Positions 35,413 through 46,176 of a stretch of DNA of 64,000 nucleotides are shown here, piece after piece. The translations under genes and the position numbers were made by a program. The stretch's first letter is position 1. Each line of letters begins with the position of its first letter. The stretch lies in NCBI GenBank assembly GCA_965240325.2, contig OZ251227.1:620001-684000 (forward strand), read 5' to 3'. The notes below the pieces were generated by a model. The model worked only from the letters and a program-made list of their open reading frames with translations. It was not told the origin of the DNA and did not search any database. This DNA is from Rebecca billardiae RCC1528. Its lineage: Eukaryota > Protista > Haptophyta.

Positions 35413-36663
35413 GCGCGGCGGCGGCTTCGGCTCGAACGTGCGCACCAGCTGCGCCAGCACGTTGGGCTCGGCGCGGCCGGGCGGCGCGCCCGTCCACTCG
35501 GCCGGCTCGGCGAGCGCGCCCTCGACCGCCGCCTCGCGGATGCGGGCCCACACGGCGTCGGGCGTGTGCGCGGCGCCGAGCGCGGCGGCGACCTGCGCGG
35601 CGATGCCCGCGACGTGCGGGCACGCCATCGACGTGCCCGACACCGTCTGCCACGCCACGCGCGAGCCGATCCACGCCGAGCGGATCGCCTGGCCGGGCGC
35701 CATCAGGTCGACGCACGGCCCCGCGTTCGTGAAGTCGGACGCGCGGTCGTCGGCCGCGCTCGAGCCGACGGTGATGGCGGCGGGCTCGCGCGCGGGCGAC
35801 TCGCGGCACGCGTCGGACGCCGAGTTGCCCGCGGCGACCACCACCGTCACGCCCGCGCGCACCAGCGCCAGCACCGCCTGGTCGAGGAACCAATCGGACG
35901 GCCCGCCGAGCGAGATGGACGCCACCTTGGGCGCGGAGCCGTGCGCGCCGATCCACTCGAGGCCGGCGATGAGGTCGGAGTACGCGCCCTCGCCGCGGCA
36001 GTCGAGGACGCGCACGCCGTGCACCGTCGCGCCGGGCGCGACGCCGTACGTCGCGCCCGCGGCCGTCGCCGCCGTGTGCGTGCCGTGGCCGTCGCAGTCG
36101 TCGGGCGAGTCGTCGCCCTCGACCACGTCGCGCCCGTCGCCCAGCCGGCCCTCGAACTCGGCGTGGTCGGCGTAGATGCCGGTGTCCATCACGAAGATGT
36201 GCGCGCCCGCGCCCGTCAGCTCCGGCGCGTACACGCCGTCCAGCGGCAGCGCCGGCTGGTCCAGCCGGTCGAGGCCCCACGACGCGGCCGCGCTCGCCTT
36301 GCGCGCCACCTTGTCCGCGCCCACGCGCGCGCCGCGCGCGCGCCAGTAGAGGCGCGCGGCGGGCGTGAGCTGCGCGGCGAAGCCGTCGAGAACGCGCTCG
36401 TACCGGTGCACCACGCGCGTCGAGCCGTTCGGCGCGCCGCGAAGCAGCCGGGCGGCCGACGGGCGGCCGCCGCCGCGCGCGCGCGCCGGCAGCCGCACGA
36501 GGTACCGCCCGCGCACGCGCGCAGCCGCGACGGCCGGGGCGGGGTCGACGCGCGGCGTGGCGAGGGCGGTCGTGCGCCGCGCCGGAGTGGCCGCCGCGAG
36601 GAGCAGCAGTAGCGGCAGCGCCGGCAGCCGTCGAGGCGGCGCTCGCACGGCGCCGTCCGCCAT
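34129..36663 (-). CDS. Membrane-anchored subtilisin (S8, proteinase-K/aqualysin-like) with I9 propeptide
   Basis: Signal peptide; propeptide [12 protein letters not shown]; mature N-terminus SWGLDRLDQ; catalytic D (VMDTG), H ([11 protein letters not shown]), oxyanion N (AAGNS) and S ([11 protein letters not shown]). Then Pro-rich linkers, an accessory domain, a TM helix [22 protein letters not shown], and a cytoplasmic tail. Confidence 0.92.
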
Positions 36664-36770
36664 CGATGGCGCCGTCTGGATGCACTCCACCAGCTCAGCC
36701 TGTGCTCCAGACGCGCAGGCCGCACTGGCAAGGTACCTGGCCTCCCGGTCCGGACTGCGCCGCCATCGTA

Positions 36771-37376
36771 TGGAGCGCTCGTTGGAACTTGACGCCGGTT
36801 TGGCGCCCGCGCGGCGAGGGCGACGACGGGCGTACACGGGGCCCGCGGCGGCGGGAAGCGCGCGGGCGCGGCCGAGAACGGCACGGTCCGGACGCCTCTC
36901 GCCAGCCGCGGACGCGCACCGCGCCTCCTCCTCGCACGCTGCTAACTTGATCCGGGTTGAACGGTGGTTTTGCTGCCGACCAGCTCAAGTTCCACGGCTG
37001 GTCAAGGTTCGGCTTGCGACCTCGCCGCTGGTGCTTGCAAGAAGGTACACGAGTTGGTCGAACTCCCACGCACCCGCTCTGCGCTCGTCGACGCCCTCTG
37101 AAGGTGACTCGGGATGCATGCGGGGCAGTGGAATGCAGTGGTTCGGCGTTGCCTCTCAGTCGTCCAGCGCGCAGGCCATGTAGCGCGGGTGTGGTGCGCG
37201 CATGGCCCGGTAATTCGGTCGCGGCATGTCTGTCTGGGCTGCCCAAGGCCTGCCGCACCGCGAAGCGAGCGCTCAGGAGCGTGTGCCGACCGTGCCAGCC
37301 CCGCCGAGATGGGGCACTTCGCTGGGAAATGCGGTGTCAAGTGGCCACCCCCGCTCAAGTTCCAACGAGCGCTCCA
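36771..37376. mobile_element. MITE with perfect 22-bp TIRs and TA target-site duplication (Tc1/mariner-like), 606 bp
   Basis: TGGAGCGCTCGTTGGAACTTGA (36771-36792) is the exact reverse complement of TCAAGTTCCAACGAGCGCTCCA (37355-37376). TA at 36769-70 and 37377-78. Internal partial TIR copy CTCAAGTTCCA at 36984. Confidence 0.8.
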
Positions 37377-37497
37377 TACCTCACACCTTGGTCAGGACAT
37401 GCTCGTTCATCAAGCACGGCTTAGTCAGACTGTCAGTGGATATGCAGCTATATTGATGCAAGAACGCGGCGACGTCGCTCCGCCGGCCTCACCGGCG

Positions 37498-39264
37498 TCA
37501 ATATCGCAGCAGTAGAGACGCGCTGCCACTCACACTGCCGTCATCATCACCACGGGCGGCGCGCCGCAGGTACTCGTCGAGCTGGCTGTATCCCCCAGCC
37601 CAGGCGCTGGCGTCACGCGCGGCGACCGTCCCAACCGTCGCGCTTGCACTTGCACTGGCAGCCCCATCGGCGCGGCCGCCATGCGCAGGGCGGACGAGCT
37701 CGCCTTGCCGCTGAGAGGCGCACCCGCCCGCACCATCCACGCCCGCACACGGCTGCGCTCCGTCGGCGCCCGCCGCGCGCGGCTCGGTTGCCCGCGCCGC
37801 CGCACCCACTCCGCCCGGCGCAGACGGCGCCTGAGCGGGCACGTGCCGCCAGCCCATGCACGCCGCAAAGAGCGGCACAGGCGGGTCGGGCAGGGGCGGC
37901 GCGCGGGCGCAGGTGGCCTGCGGGGCGCTCGCGGGGCGCGGCGGCGGCGGCGGCGGCGGCGGCTCAGACGCGTGCGCGCCCTTCGCGTCGAGCAGCTCTG
38001 CCTCCACCGCCGCGCGCCGCTGCCGCTCGACCGCGAGCTCGTGCGCGAGAGCCGACGCGAGCCGGCGGTAGTCGAAGTCGGCAGTGCGCGCCCCGTTCGG
38101 CGCCGGCGGCGCGGCGGCGCGCGCGCGCACGCCGAGGCAGCGCTCTGCAAAGTGCAGCGTGGAGACGGACTCGCCGACGTGGCGCGCCTCGGGGCTGAGC
38201 GTGCAGACCAGCGTGGTGTGCGCCCGCCCGCCGAGCGACCCCTTGAGCAGCCGCACCAGCTTGCACGAGCGCCATGGCGCCCACTCGGCAGCACCGCCGC
38301 CGCCGCCGCCGGCGCGCGCCGCGCTCCTCGAGCGCCGCGGCTCGCCCGCGGCGGAGAGCGCGGCAACGACGTGCGCGAGGGCGGAGAGCGAGCTGTTGAT
38401 GCCTCGTGCCTCATCGAGCTGCGTGCGCGATGGCTCGCCGCGCCCGAGCCGCTCCGAGCCCGCCAGGTCGACGAAGAGCATCCGGCCGCCGCCCGCCCCG
38501 GCCCCGCCGCCGTGGCCGCCGCCCGCCGCCGCTGCCAGCGGCAGCGCTGCGGTGAGCAGCACGTGCGAGCGCGACGAGCGCGCGTTCAGCGCGGTCGAGG
38601 CGGTCTGCCGCCGGGCGAGCGCCGCGCGCACCGCCGCGAGCGCCTCGCCCACCGAGTGGCAGCGCACGGCGCTCAGCCCGTCGACGCGCGGCTCGCCCGC
38701 TGCGTCGTCGCGGATGGCGAGCTGCGGCGGCGCGCGTTTTCGCGCGCGCGGCGGCGTGCCGAGCAGGTCGCCCAGCGTGTCCGCGTACACGTTGAGCGCG
38801 CTGATCGTGACGTACGGCGCGCTGCCCGCCTCGGCGGCCTGCGCGCCAAACGCCGCGCGCAGGCACGTGGGCACCAGCCCGCGAGGCTCGAAGAGCGTGT
38901 GCGACTTCCCGCTGCCCGTCTGCCCGTACAGCAGGCAGGTCGCGCGCTCGCCCCGGAGCGCGCGCGCGACGAGCTCGGCGCCGACCTCGCGGAACACGTC
39001 ATCGCCCGACGTCTCGTACCCGAGCACGCCGTCGAGCCGGAACTCGCGCACGCCCGCGGCGCCGTGCGCACGCACCGCGCACCCGCCGGCCGCCTCGAGC
39101 GCGATGCGAGGGTCGAGCGGCGGGCGCAGGCGCGCGAGGACGCGCACAGTGCGCGTCGGGCGCAGTGGAGCCACCGGCTCGGCGAACTGGCCCGCCTCGC
39201 CACCACCGCCTGAGCCGTGGCCCCCGTCGAGGCACGCGTAGTACGTCGGCACGGGCGCGCGCAT
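37498..39264 (-). CDS. Kinesin motor-domain protein
   Basis: VRVLARLRP, P-loop YGQTGSGKSHT, switch I NARSSRSH, switch II VDLAGSER, INSSLSAL, KLVRLLKGSLGG, ESVSTLHFA, followed by a short coiled coil. Confidence 0.93.
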   Translation of the reverse strand: MRAPVPTYYACLDGGHGSGGGGEAGQFAEPVAPLRPTRTVRVLARLRPPLDPRIALEAAGGCAVRAHGAAGVREFRLDGVLGYETSGDDVFREVGAELVARALRGERATCLLYGQTGSGKSHTLFEPRGLVPTCLRAAFGAQAAEAGSAPYVTISALNVYADTLGDLLGTPPRARKRAPPQLAIRDDAAGEPRVDGLSAVRCHSVGEALAAVRAALARRQTASTALNARSSRSHVLLTAALPLAAAAGGGHGGGAGAGGGRMLFVDLAGSERLGRGEPSRTQLDEARGINSSLSALAHVVAALSAAGEPRRSRSAARAGGGGGGAAEWAPWRSCKLVRLLKGSLGGRAHTTLVCTLSPEARHVGESVSTLHFAERCLGVRARAAAPPAPNGARTADFDYRRLASALAHELAVERQRRAAVEAELLDAKGAHASEPPPPPPPPRPASAPQATCARAPPLPDPPVPLFAACMGWRHVPAQAPSAPGGVGAAARATEPRAAGADGAQPCAGVDGAGGCASQRQGELVRPAHGGRADGAASASASATVGTVAARDASAWAGGYSQLDEYLRRAARGDDDGSVSGSASLLLRY

Positions 39265-39404
39265 CGCCGAGGGCGCGCTTGGCTGCGGTGAGCGCCTGAG
39301 CGGCCAACGTTCACTGCGCAGCAAACCGATTGATGCCACTGCCAGCCGTGCAACTTGCAAGTGAGCCATCTGGCTTTTGCCACGGCGGCCCAGGACTCGT
39401 CACG

Positions 39405-39792
39405 ATGGCGGACGCGAACAAGCCCGAGCAGCACGAGGTGATCAAGGGCTCCCGCCGGCCAGACGGGACGTACCGCAAGGATGTCGTGAGAAAAGCAGGC
39501 TACGTCCCCGAGGACGAGCAGGAGAAGTACCACGACAAGGTGCTCGCCGCGCACGCGTGCGTCCCGCGTGCGCGTACCCGCGTGCTCTCACGCGCGCGGC
39601 CCGCGTCACCCGACGCGGCCCGCCGTCGCGCAGTGGAAGACTTCAGCGCCGAAAGGTGTCGTTGGGGCCGACCCGGTGGAGGACGAGCAGGCGCGAAAGG
39701 CCGGAATGTCCAAGGCGGCCAAGAAGAACGCCGCGCGCAAAGCCAAGCGGGACGCCGAGCGGCAGGCCGCGCCAGGGCCACCCGGGAGCTGA
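39405..39792 (+). CDS. PYM1: PYM/Wibg (partner of Y14 and Mago). Exons 39405-39539 and 39634-39792
   Basis: IKGSRRPDGTYRKDVVRKAGYVPEDE is the Mago-binding motif. The intron GTGCTC...CGCAG (39540-39633) joins it to ...MSKAAKKNAARKAKR, the conserved basic segment. Confidence 0.9.
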
Positions 39793-40365
39793 ACTGTAGT
39801 CCGTGAATCGTGCAATGCGAAGCCAATGCGAAGCAGCCAGCTCGGAGGCCGCGTCGGACCGGGCGTGTTCTGCCACTTTTCAGTTCTGGGTCGCCGCAGC
39901 ACGTTGGGCGTGTCAGACCGAACCGCTGCCGGCTGCCGCGCTACCGGCCGTACGGTCCCGCCTAACCCGCCCGGGCCGCCGGCCGCCGACCTCAATAGAG
40001 TGCCGGATGGCGGACCCGCTGACCGCGTGTCCGGCGACGTGTCCGTCAGTTCTGTCAGCGAGCGGAGTCAGCCCGCATCATCGCCGCCGCGCCGGCCCCG
40101 ACTTCCGAGCGCCGACACGGCGCGGCTCAGATGGCCAGCGGCCCCGGGGCCAATACATGAAACTTCCGCGGGGCCGCGGGGCGGCGCCGCGGCGACTCAT
40201 TTCTCATCGGTCGCGGACTCAGCGCTGAATCGCAGATCTCTCGAGTCTCGGAGGCTTGCTTGAGTTGCTTGTCAGAGACGGAGCAAACCCTGAGACGTCA
40301 AGCAGTTCCGCCCTGATTGTTGCGTTCTTATACCCACATTCCGGACGGCGGAAGAGTCTCGAGGT

Positions 40366-40438
40366 GGGACTGTGGTCTAGGTGGTATGATTCCTTCTTAG
40401 GGTGGAGGAGGTCCCGAGTTCGAGTCTCGGCAGTCCCC
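40366..40438 (+). tRNA. trnP-AGG: tRNA-Pro (anticodon AGG)
   Basis: Acceptor stem GGGACTG/CAGTCCC, D-arm GTCTAGGTGGTATGAT, anticodon arm CCTTC-TTAGGGT-GGAGG, T-arm CCGAG-TTCGAGT-CTCGG. TTTT Pol III terminator at 40441. Confidence 0.96.
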
Positions 40439-41113
40439 CGTTTTGCGCCAAACATGCACTTCATCCTCGCTCCCACTATCCTCGCGAGTGGCTACTTGCT
40501 GCACTCATCGAATCCAGGCGGCTCGTTTGCTGCACGTCCTGGTCGTCGGCCATTCCTGCCGTCGCCTCCTCGGCCTCGGCCGTCGGCTCGTTTTTCTGTG
40601 CCAACAATCCCCGCGGCGGGCGCCGCGCCTGCCCGCGGCGCGGGGCGCTGCCGTGGCGGCGGGTGCGGCTCGGCTTAACTTCCAGCCGAAGCTGTAAGCT
40701 ACTGATAACTGACTACTGAGCTAGGCGGAGAGAACAAACAGGCGGTCTCCAGTGTGATCTACCCGGACCCCGCGTGTGGCACCCACCACATCCCTCACAC
40801 TAGGCCGCACGCCTGCTGCCACGTCAGGCGGGAGCCCAGCCCCGAGTCCCGAGTGCGCGCGATCCGGGATGGGACTGCGCCCGGTGCGCCCTGCACGGTA
40901 CCGCCGAACACCGGTGAGTACATGCGAGAGGAGCAGGACGCAGCTGGCCCAAGGAGGCACCGCGGAGTCGCAGCCCGCGTGCTATCTTCGCCCACCCTTA
41001 CAAGCTCCTGAGTTCTACTTGTGGCTGCATGGGCGCCATCCAGCATCCTGGCGCCCCGCGCCACCACTCTGGCGCAACAAGCTCAGCTGCTACCATAGCG
41101 GCAGGGCCCCCGC

Positions 41114-42454
41114 ATGCCGCACGCGGACCGGACGCCGCGGAGGCGCACGGTCGGCTCGCTCGTCGCGGCGCTGCTCGTGCGCGCGCGCTGCGCGGGTGGC
41201 GGTGGCGGCGGCGGCGGCGATGAGGGCCTCGCTGTCTTCGCCATGGCGTGCAGCTACCGCGAGCCGCAGCTCGGCATGTTTGTCCGCTCGCTGCGGCTGG
41301 CCGGGTACGGCGGCGACGTGCACATCGGCGCATCGCACATGGGCTCCACGGCCGGGCTGCTGCGCAAGTACGGCGTGACGGGGCATGCGGAGCCGTGCGA
41401 GTACGAGGAGAACCGCACGCGCCCTGCGCACGGCCCGCGGAAGGACCGCTGGCTCGGCTCGCTCAACCAGCGCCGCTACCTGTACTACCGGCGCTGGCTG
41501 TACGCGCGGCGCGGCGGCGCGCGGTACGAGCGCGTGTGGCTGCTCGACGCGCGCGACCTCGTGTTCGTCGCGCACCCGTTCCGCGGCGGCGCGGCGGCGG
41601 CGCTGGGCGAGCTCGACCTCGCGCTCTTCGCCGAGACCTCGCGCCTCACCGAGTGGGAGCTCGCGCGCGTGCACGCGTGCCTCGGCGAGCAGGAGGCGTC
41701 GGCGATCCGCGCGGCCGCCATGCCCAACGTGTGCGGCGGCACGGTGTACGGGCGCGGCGCGGCGATCGAGACGCTGTGCGCGCACATGCTCGCCGCCTCG
41801 GACGCCTCGACCGCGCGCTTCCGCGCCCTCGAGGCCTCGGGCGCGCCGCTGGGCGAGGCCGCGCTCGGGTGCGCGCGCAACGACCAGTTCCTCCTCAACC
41901 ACGTGGCGCACGCGCACCGCCTCGCCGGCCGCGGCGCGAGCGAGACGGCGCAGCGCTCGGTGTACGGCCGCGTGCGCGTGTTCGCGCCGGGGGAGGGGCC
42001 GGTGCTCACGCTCAAGGCGTACACGTACACGTGCCCGAGCGCCGAGGCGCTGCTCGGCCCCCTGCCCATCGACCCGCAGAGCGCCGCGGCGGAGGAGGCG
42101 CGCGCCGCCGGGCGCGCGCTGCCCAAGCTGAGGGCGCCCGGCGGTGCGCGCGGCGCGCTGCTCGGCCCTCTGCCCATCGTGCACAAGTGGAACCAGTGCG
42201 ACGCGCTGCGCGTTGCCGCATGCGCCCAGCTGGTGCCGACGAAACGCGTGCCGCTCATCTGCCGCAAGTCCGTCGTCGACGAGTATTACAAAGCGCACCC
42301 ACGGGAGCAGCCGCCTCGGCCGAGACCGCTGCTGCCCGCGGCTGGCAGCGGCGTGTCGGCCGGAGGCGACGCCCGCCTCGGCCGAGCCCGAGGCCTGCGC
42401 GACGAAATGTACGGGCCAGCACGCCCACGGCAGCAGTCTCAGGCCTCTGACTAG
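41114..42454 (+). CDS. Secretory-pathway GT-A fold glycosyltransferase-like protein
   Basis: N-terminal hydrophobic stretch, then FVRSLRLAGYGGD, RRYLYYRRWL, DxD-type RVWLLDARDLVFVAHPF, NVCGGTVYG, NDQFLLNH and IVHKW. Confidence 0.65.
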   Translation: MPHADRTPRRRTVGSLVAALLVRARCAGGGGGGGGDEGLAVFAMACSYREPQLGMFVRSLRLAGYGGDVHIGASHMGSTAGLLRKYGVTGHAEPCEYEENRTRPAHGPRKDRWLGSLNQRRYLYYRRWLYARRGGARYERVWLLDARDLVFVAHPFRGGAAAALGELDLALFAETSRLTEWELARVHACLGEQEASAIRAAAMPNVCGGTVYGRGAAIETLCAHMLAASDASTARFRALEASGAPLGEAALGCARNDQFLLNHVAHAHRLAGRGASETAQRSVYGRVRVFAPGEGPVLTLKAYTYTCPSAEALLGPLPIDPQSAAAEEARAAGRALPKLRAPGGARGALLGPLPIVHKWNQCDALRVAACAQLVPTKRVPLICRKSVVDEYYKAHPREQPPRPRPLLPAAGSGVSAGGDARLGRARGLRDEMYGPARPRQQSQASD

Positions 42455-42703
42455 TCACACCCGCGCGCAGCAGGCGCAGCGGCAGCGGCACGGCAGTCTG
42501 GCATGTCAAAGCGGGCCGGGCCGTCTGACGATCACGATGCAGCCTGAGCCTGTCTGAGCCTGAGCCCTGAGCCGCCCTGAGGCTGAGCCTGAGGCTGAAT
42601 AGGCTGCTGATGGATATGACTCGATATAAGTGTAGTCGCCTATTATTTATATTATAATACATACTATATTAGCAGAACTAATAATACATATATAATAATA
42701 ATG

Positions 42704-43253
42704 TGTCTAGCCGTCCTCGAAGCGCCTGCGCCATCCAGATCGGCAGCGAGGAGGCGAGGCACACGCCGGGCAGGGCGGAGCCACGCGGCGAGATACCACG
42801 CTCGAGAGCCGCCAAGCCGCACGAGAGCAAGGCACGAAGCACCATCGTGCAGAGGGCATCGCGAAGATGCGGGCCGGAAACAGCTGCAGCCATCATGCCA
42901 GTGGGCACTTCCGAAGGGCGTTCGCTGCGAGTGAGCGAGAGGCACTGGACTGCGTCGGTTCGCTCGGCGCCTGATGGAAGAAAAAAAAAACCAGTTCACC
43001 AATTGGCCGTCCTGTGCCGTTGCCAACCTTGCCTATTTCACTAGTATTTGCCTAAGGCCCAGGAGCATCACAGCGAGTAGGTTGTTCGGGGTCATCGTTG
43101 TGCGAGCGCACAGAGCAGGCTCGAAAGGTCCTTCGTGGCACGAGAAGAGGGTGGCCAAGATGGCAGCCGGACTTGAGCTCGGCCGCCTGGCTCGGGCCGA
43201 ATGGCAGGCAGGTGTTGATACGGCGCATTGCGCTCCCACCGTCCTCTTAGACA
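42704..43253. mobile_element. Candidate solo LTR / repeat with TGTCTA...TAGACA inverted ends
   Basis: Starts TGTCTAGCCGTCCTCG (shared with 5340) and ends CCGTCCTCTTAGACA. About 550 bp, non-coding, embedded in AT-rich DNA. No clear TSD. Confidence 0.45.
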
Positions 43254-43780
43254 ATCAGTTATTGTATGTGCCAATACCCCCACATATATATATTGATATA
43301 ATCATAATATATTTGATCTGAGTCGCGTTTCGTCAGCGTGCGTAATAAATAATAATGCTGACGACAACACTGTCGTCGTCACCCGGCAGGCGTGAGGCCG
43401 TGAGGCGGCAGAGTCCGGCCGCCTGACTCGTCCGAGTGACGACGCGCCGACACGGACACTGACTGCTGGCAACGTCAGTGGCACGCGACCGCGTGGTTGC
43501 CTCGCGCCTCGCGGCGCCCTCGCGGCGCGTAGTGATTCGAATTGATTGGCGTTGGCGTTGGCGCTGGCCGTTGCCTCCGCCAGCGACGACGGTGGACGAG
43601 TAGGGCATGGCGAGCGGCAGTAGGCAGCGCGCAGCGCTGAGCGGAGCAGCCGTCGCCGCGCTCCGCTTCCGCGCCATGCAGCGCCGCCCGCCGCCGCACC
43701 GCGCGCGCGGCCGGCGGCCGCGAGCGGACCCGTTGATCAGGCTGCTGCCTCGCGGGCCGAGCCGCCGGCGCGCCGCGGCT

Positions 43781-45985
43781 TCAGTCGTCCAGCGCGCGCT
43801 CGCCCGCGTCAGCCGCGGCGCGCAGCGCGTGCGCGCCGCCGGGCAGCCCGAGGTCGAGCACGTGCGTGTGGCCCGCGCGCGCGCTCGGCGCGTGCGACAC
43901 GGTCACGCACGCAATCCCGCGCCGCTGCAGCTCGGCCCAGAGCCACGCGTCGAAGCCGGCGGCGGTGGAGGCGGTGGGCTCGTCGAGCAGGAGGAAGTCG
44001 GGCAGGCCGAGCAGCGCGCGCGCGAGCGCGAGGCGCTGCGTCTCGCCGCCCGAGAGCCCGGCGCACGCGCCGGGCACGTCGAGCGCGCCGTCGGCGCCGC
44101 CGCCGCCGGCCGCGGGCGCGCGCGCCTCCGCGGCCGCGAGCAGGGGGCCCAGCCCGGCCTCGCGCAGCGCGGCGCGCAGCTCGCCCGCGCTGGGTGGCGC
44201 CGGCGCGCCGCCCGAGCTGGAGGCGGCGGCGCCGACGCGCGGGTACGTGAGCGCCTGGCGCAGCGAGTGCGACGGGTCCACGTACGGCCGCTGCGGCACG
44301 TACGCCACCGACTGCGCGCGCGGCATCAGCAGCTCGCCTGCGCGAGGCTCCCACCAGCCGCCGAGCGTGCGCAGCAGCGACGTCTTGCCGCACCCGTTCG
44401 GCCCGCGGACGAGGAGGCGGGTGCGCCGGTCGATGGCGAGGGTGAGCCCGCTGACGAGCGGCGGCACGCCGGGCGGGCCGACACACACGTCGCGCAGCTC
44501 GATGCGCTGCTCGCCCGCCGCGGCGCGCGCGCCCTCGCCACCGTCGGCGCCGAGCGCCGCGCGCGCCGTCCGCGTGCCCGCCGCCGCCTCGGTCGCGTCC
44601 AGCGCAGACTGCACGCGCGCGGCGAGGCCGGCGGCGGTGCGCGCGGCGCGGTGCGCGCCGACCAGGTCGCGCGCGCAGAGGCCGAGGTCGACGAGCAGGT
44701 GCAGCGACGAGAGGAAGTACTCCGTCGCGCCGCCCGCCGCGCCGCCGCCGCGCGCGCCGCCCACGCCCGCGCCCGCGCCCGCGCCGCCGCCGCCGTACAC
44801 GGCGGGTGTCATGGCGGTGAAGGCGGCGAGGATGCCGAGGTAGCGCAGGGTGTACGACTCGAGCGTGGCGGCGAGGAGCTGCTGCGCGTGCAGCGCGGAG
44901 GAGGCGCGCGCGGCGGAGGCCCAGCGCGCGCCCAGCGCGGCCGCCTCCGCGCGCGCGCCGCGCAGCGCGTGCACGCCCTCCGCGTGCTCGACGACGCGCG
45001 CGTGCGCGGCTGCGAGCTCGGCCGCGGCCGCCGCATGCCGCGCGCGCAGCGAAGCAAACGCCGGCGCGATCGAGCGCACCCAGCCGCCGGCGACGGCGTA
45101 GAAGGCGAAGGCGCCGACGAGGCGGCGCCCGCCCATCAGCGACGCGAGCGTCGCGGTGAGCATGCACGCCTCGATCCCCGGCTTGAGCACCCCCGACGCG
45201 AGCGCGGCCAGCTCATCGCAGAGCGCGTCCGAGTCTGCGCCCAGCGCGCGCGACAGGTCGGACGCGCGCACGGGCGCGGGCGGCGCGGCGGCGGGCGCGG
45301 CGGCGGGCGTGGGGCCGGCGGAGCGGTCGGCCTCGGCATCGGCGTCGCCCTCCGCCTCGCCCTCGCCCTCGCCCTCGCCGCGCTGCTGCGCGCGCGCCGC
45401 GGCGGCGAGCAGCGCGCCGCTCGCGAGCGCCGCGCGCCAGCGCGCCTCGAGCCGCGCGCGCAGCGAGGCGGCGAGCCGCGCGCACGCGTACTGCGACGCG
45501 GCGCCGAGGAAGGCGGTGGGCAGCGTCCAGATTGCAAAGTCGATCTGCCGCTCGAAGAGCGCGTCCCAGTCGCGCGCCGACAGCAGCGCGCCCAGCACGC
45601 CGATCTCCGCCGAGACGTGCGTCGCCGCCCAGCGCCGCAGCGCGAGCGCCGCGCCGAGCAGCGCCGCGTCGGCGACGGGCGCCGAGCGCCACGCGGGCAC
45701 GAGCGCGCGGAGCACGACGCGCGTGGGCGACGGCTTCGCCACCGCGCGCGCGCTCGGCGTGCGCGCCGGCGCCGCCGGCTGCGCAGCTGGCGCCGGCTTG
45801 CCGGCGGCGGCGGCCGCCGCCGCCGCCGCCGCAGCGCGGCGCGCGCGCCGGCGCGCGAGCGTGCTCTGCAGGGTGAAGCTCGCCGCCGCGAAAGCCCATA
45901 CGGCGAGCACGGCCCGCCCGCGCCCCGAGCGCACCCACGCCGTCGCGAGGTGCTGCGCGAAGCTGCTGCCACTCGCGCTGGCCAT
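43781..45985 (-). CDS. ABC transporter subfamily D (peroxisomal-type half transporter)
   Basis: TMD with EAA-like HARVVEHAEGVHALRGARAE. Walker A GPNGCGKT, Q-loop YVPQRPY, signature LSGGETQRLALAR, Walker B LLLDEPTAS, H-loop TVSH. Confidence 0.92.
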   Translation of the reverse strand: MASASGSSFAQHLATAWVRSGRGRAVLAVWAFAAASFTLQSTLARRRARRAAAAAAAAAAAGKPAPAAQPAAPARTPSARAVAKPSPTRVVLRALVPAWRSAPVADAALLGAALALRRWAATHVSAEIGVLGALLSARDWDALFERQIDFAIWTLPTAFLGAASQYACARLAASLRARLEARWRAALASGALLAAAARAQQRGEGEGEGEAEGDADAEADRSAGPTPAAAPAAAPPAPVRASDLSRALGADSDALCDELAALASGVLKPGIEACMLTATLASLMGGRRLVGAFAFYAVAGGWVRSIAPAFASLRARHAAAAAELAAAHARVVEHAEGVHALRGARAEAAALGARWASAARASSALHAQQLLAATLESYTLRYLGILAAFTAMTPAVYGGGGAGAGAGVGGARGGGAAGGATEYFLSSLHLLVDLGLCARDLVGAHRAARTAAGLAARVQSALDATEAAAGTRTARAALGADGGEGARAAAGEQRIELRDVCVGPPGVPPLVSGLTLAIDRRTRLLVRGPNGCGKTSLLRTLGGWWEPRAGELLMPRAQSVAYVPQRPYVDPSHSLRQALTYPRVGAAASSSGGAPAPPSAGELRAALREAGLGPLLAAAEARAPAAGGGGADGALDVPGACAGLSGGETQRLALARALLGLPDFLLLDEPTASTAAGFDAWLWAELQRRGIACVTVSHAPSARAGHTHVLDLGLPGGAHALRAAADAGERALDD

Positions 45986-46176
45986 TGGTGCTGATGACGC
46001 GGCTGATGAGAGAGGCTCCGGCCCGAGCGCGCAGCACGTGGCCGCAACTCGGTGGCGACTGGGCGGTTCGTCAGCAGCCTTTGCTTTGCAAGTTTTGCGC
46101 GCCCTTTTCCGAATTTCCTCAGCTCTTCTTTTTCTCCGTCGCCCGCTCCAGACGTCGCTGCGCACTCGCGCCCGCC

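Noticed and set aside
40150-40180. Weak inverted similarity to 8596-8620 (CGCGGAASTTTCAT)
   Set aside because: Too short and gapped to separate from chance without a genome-wide search.
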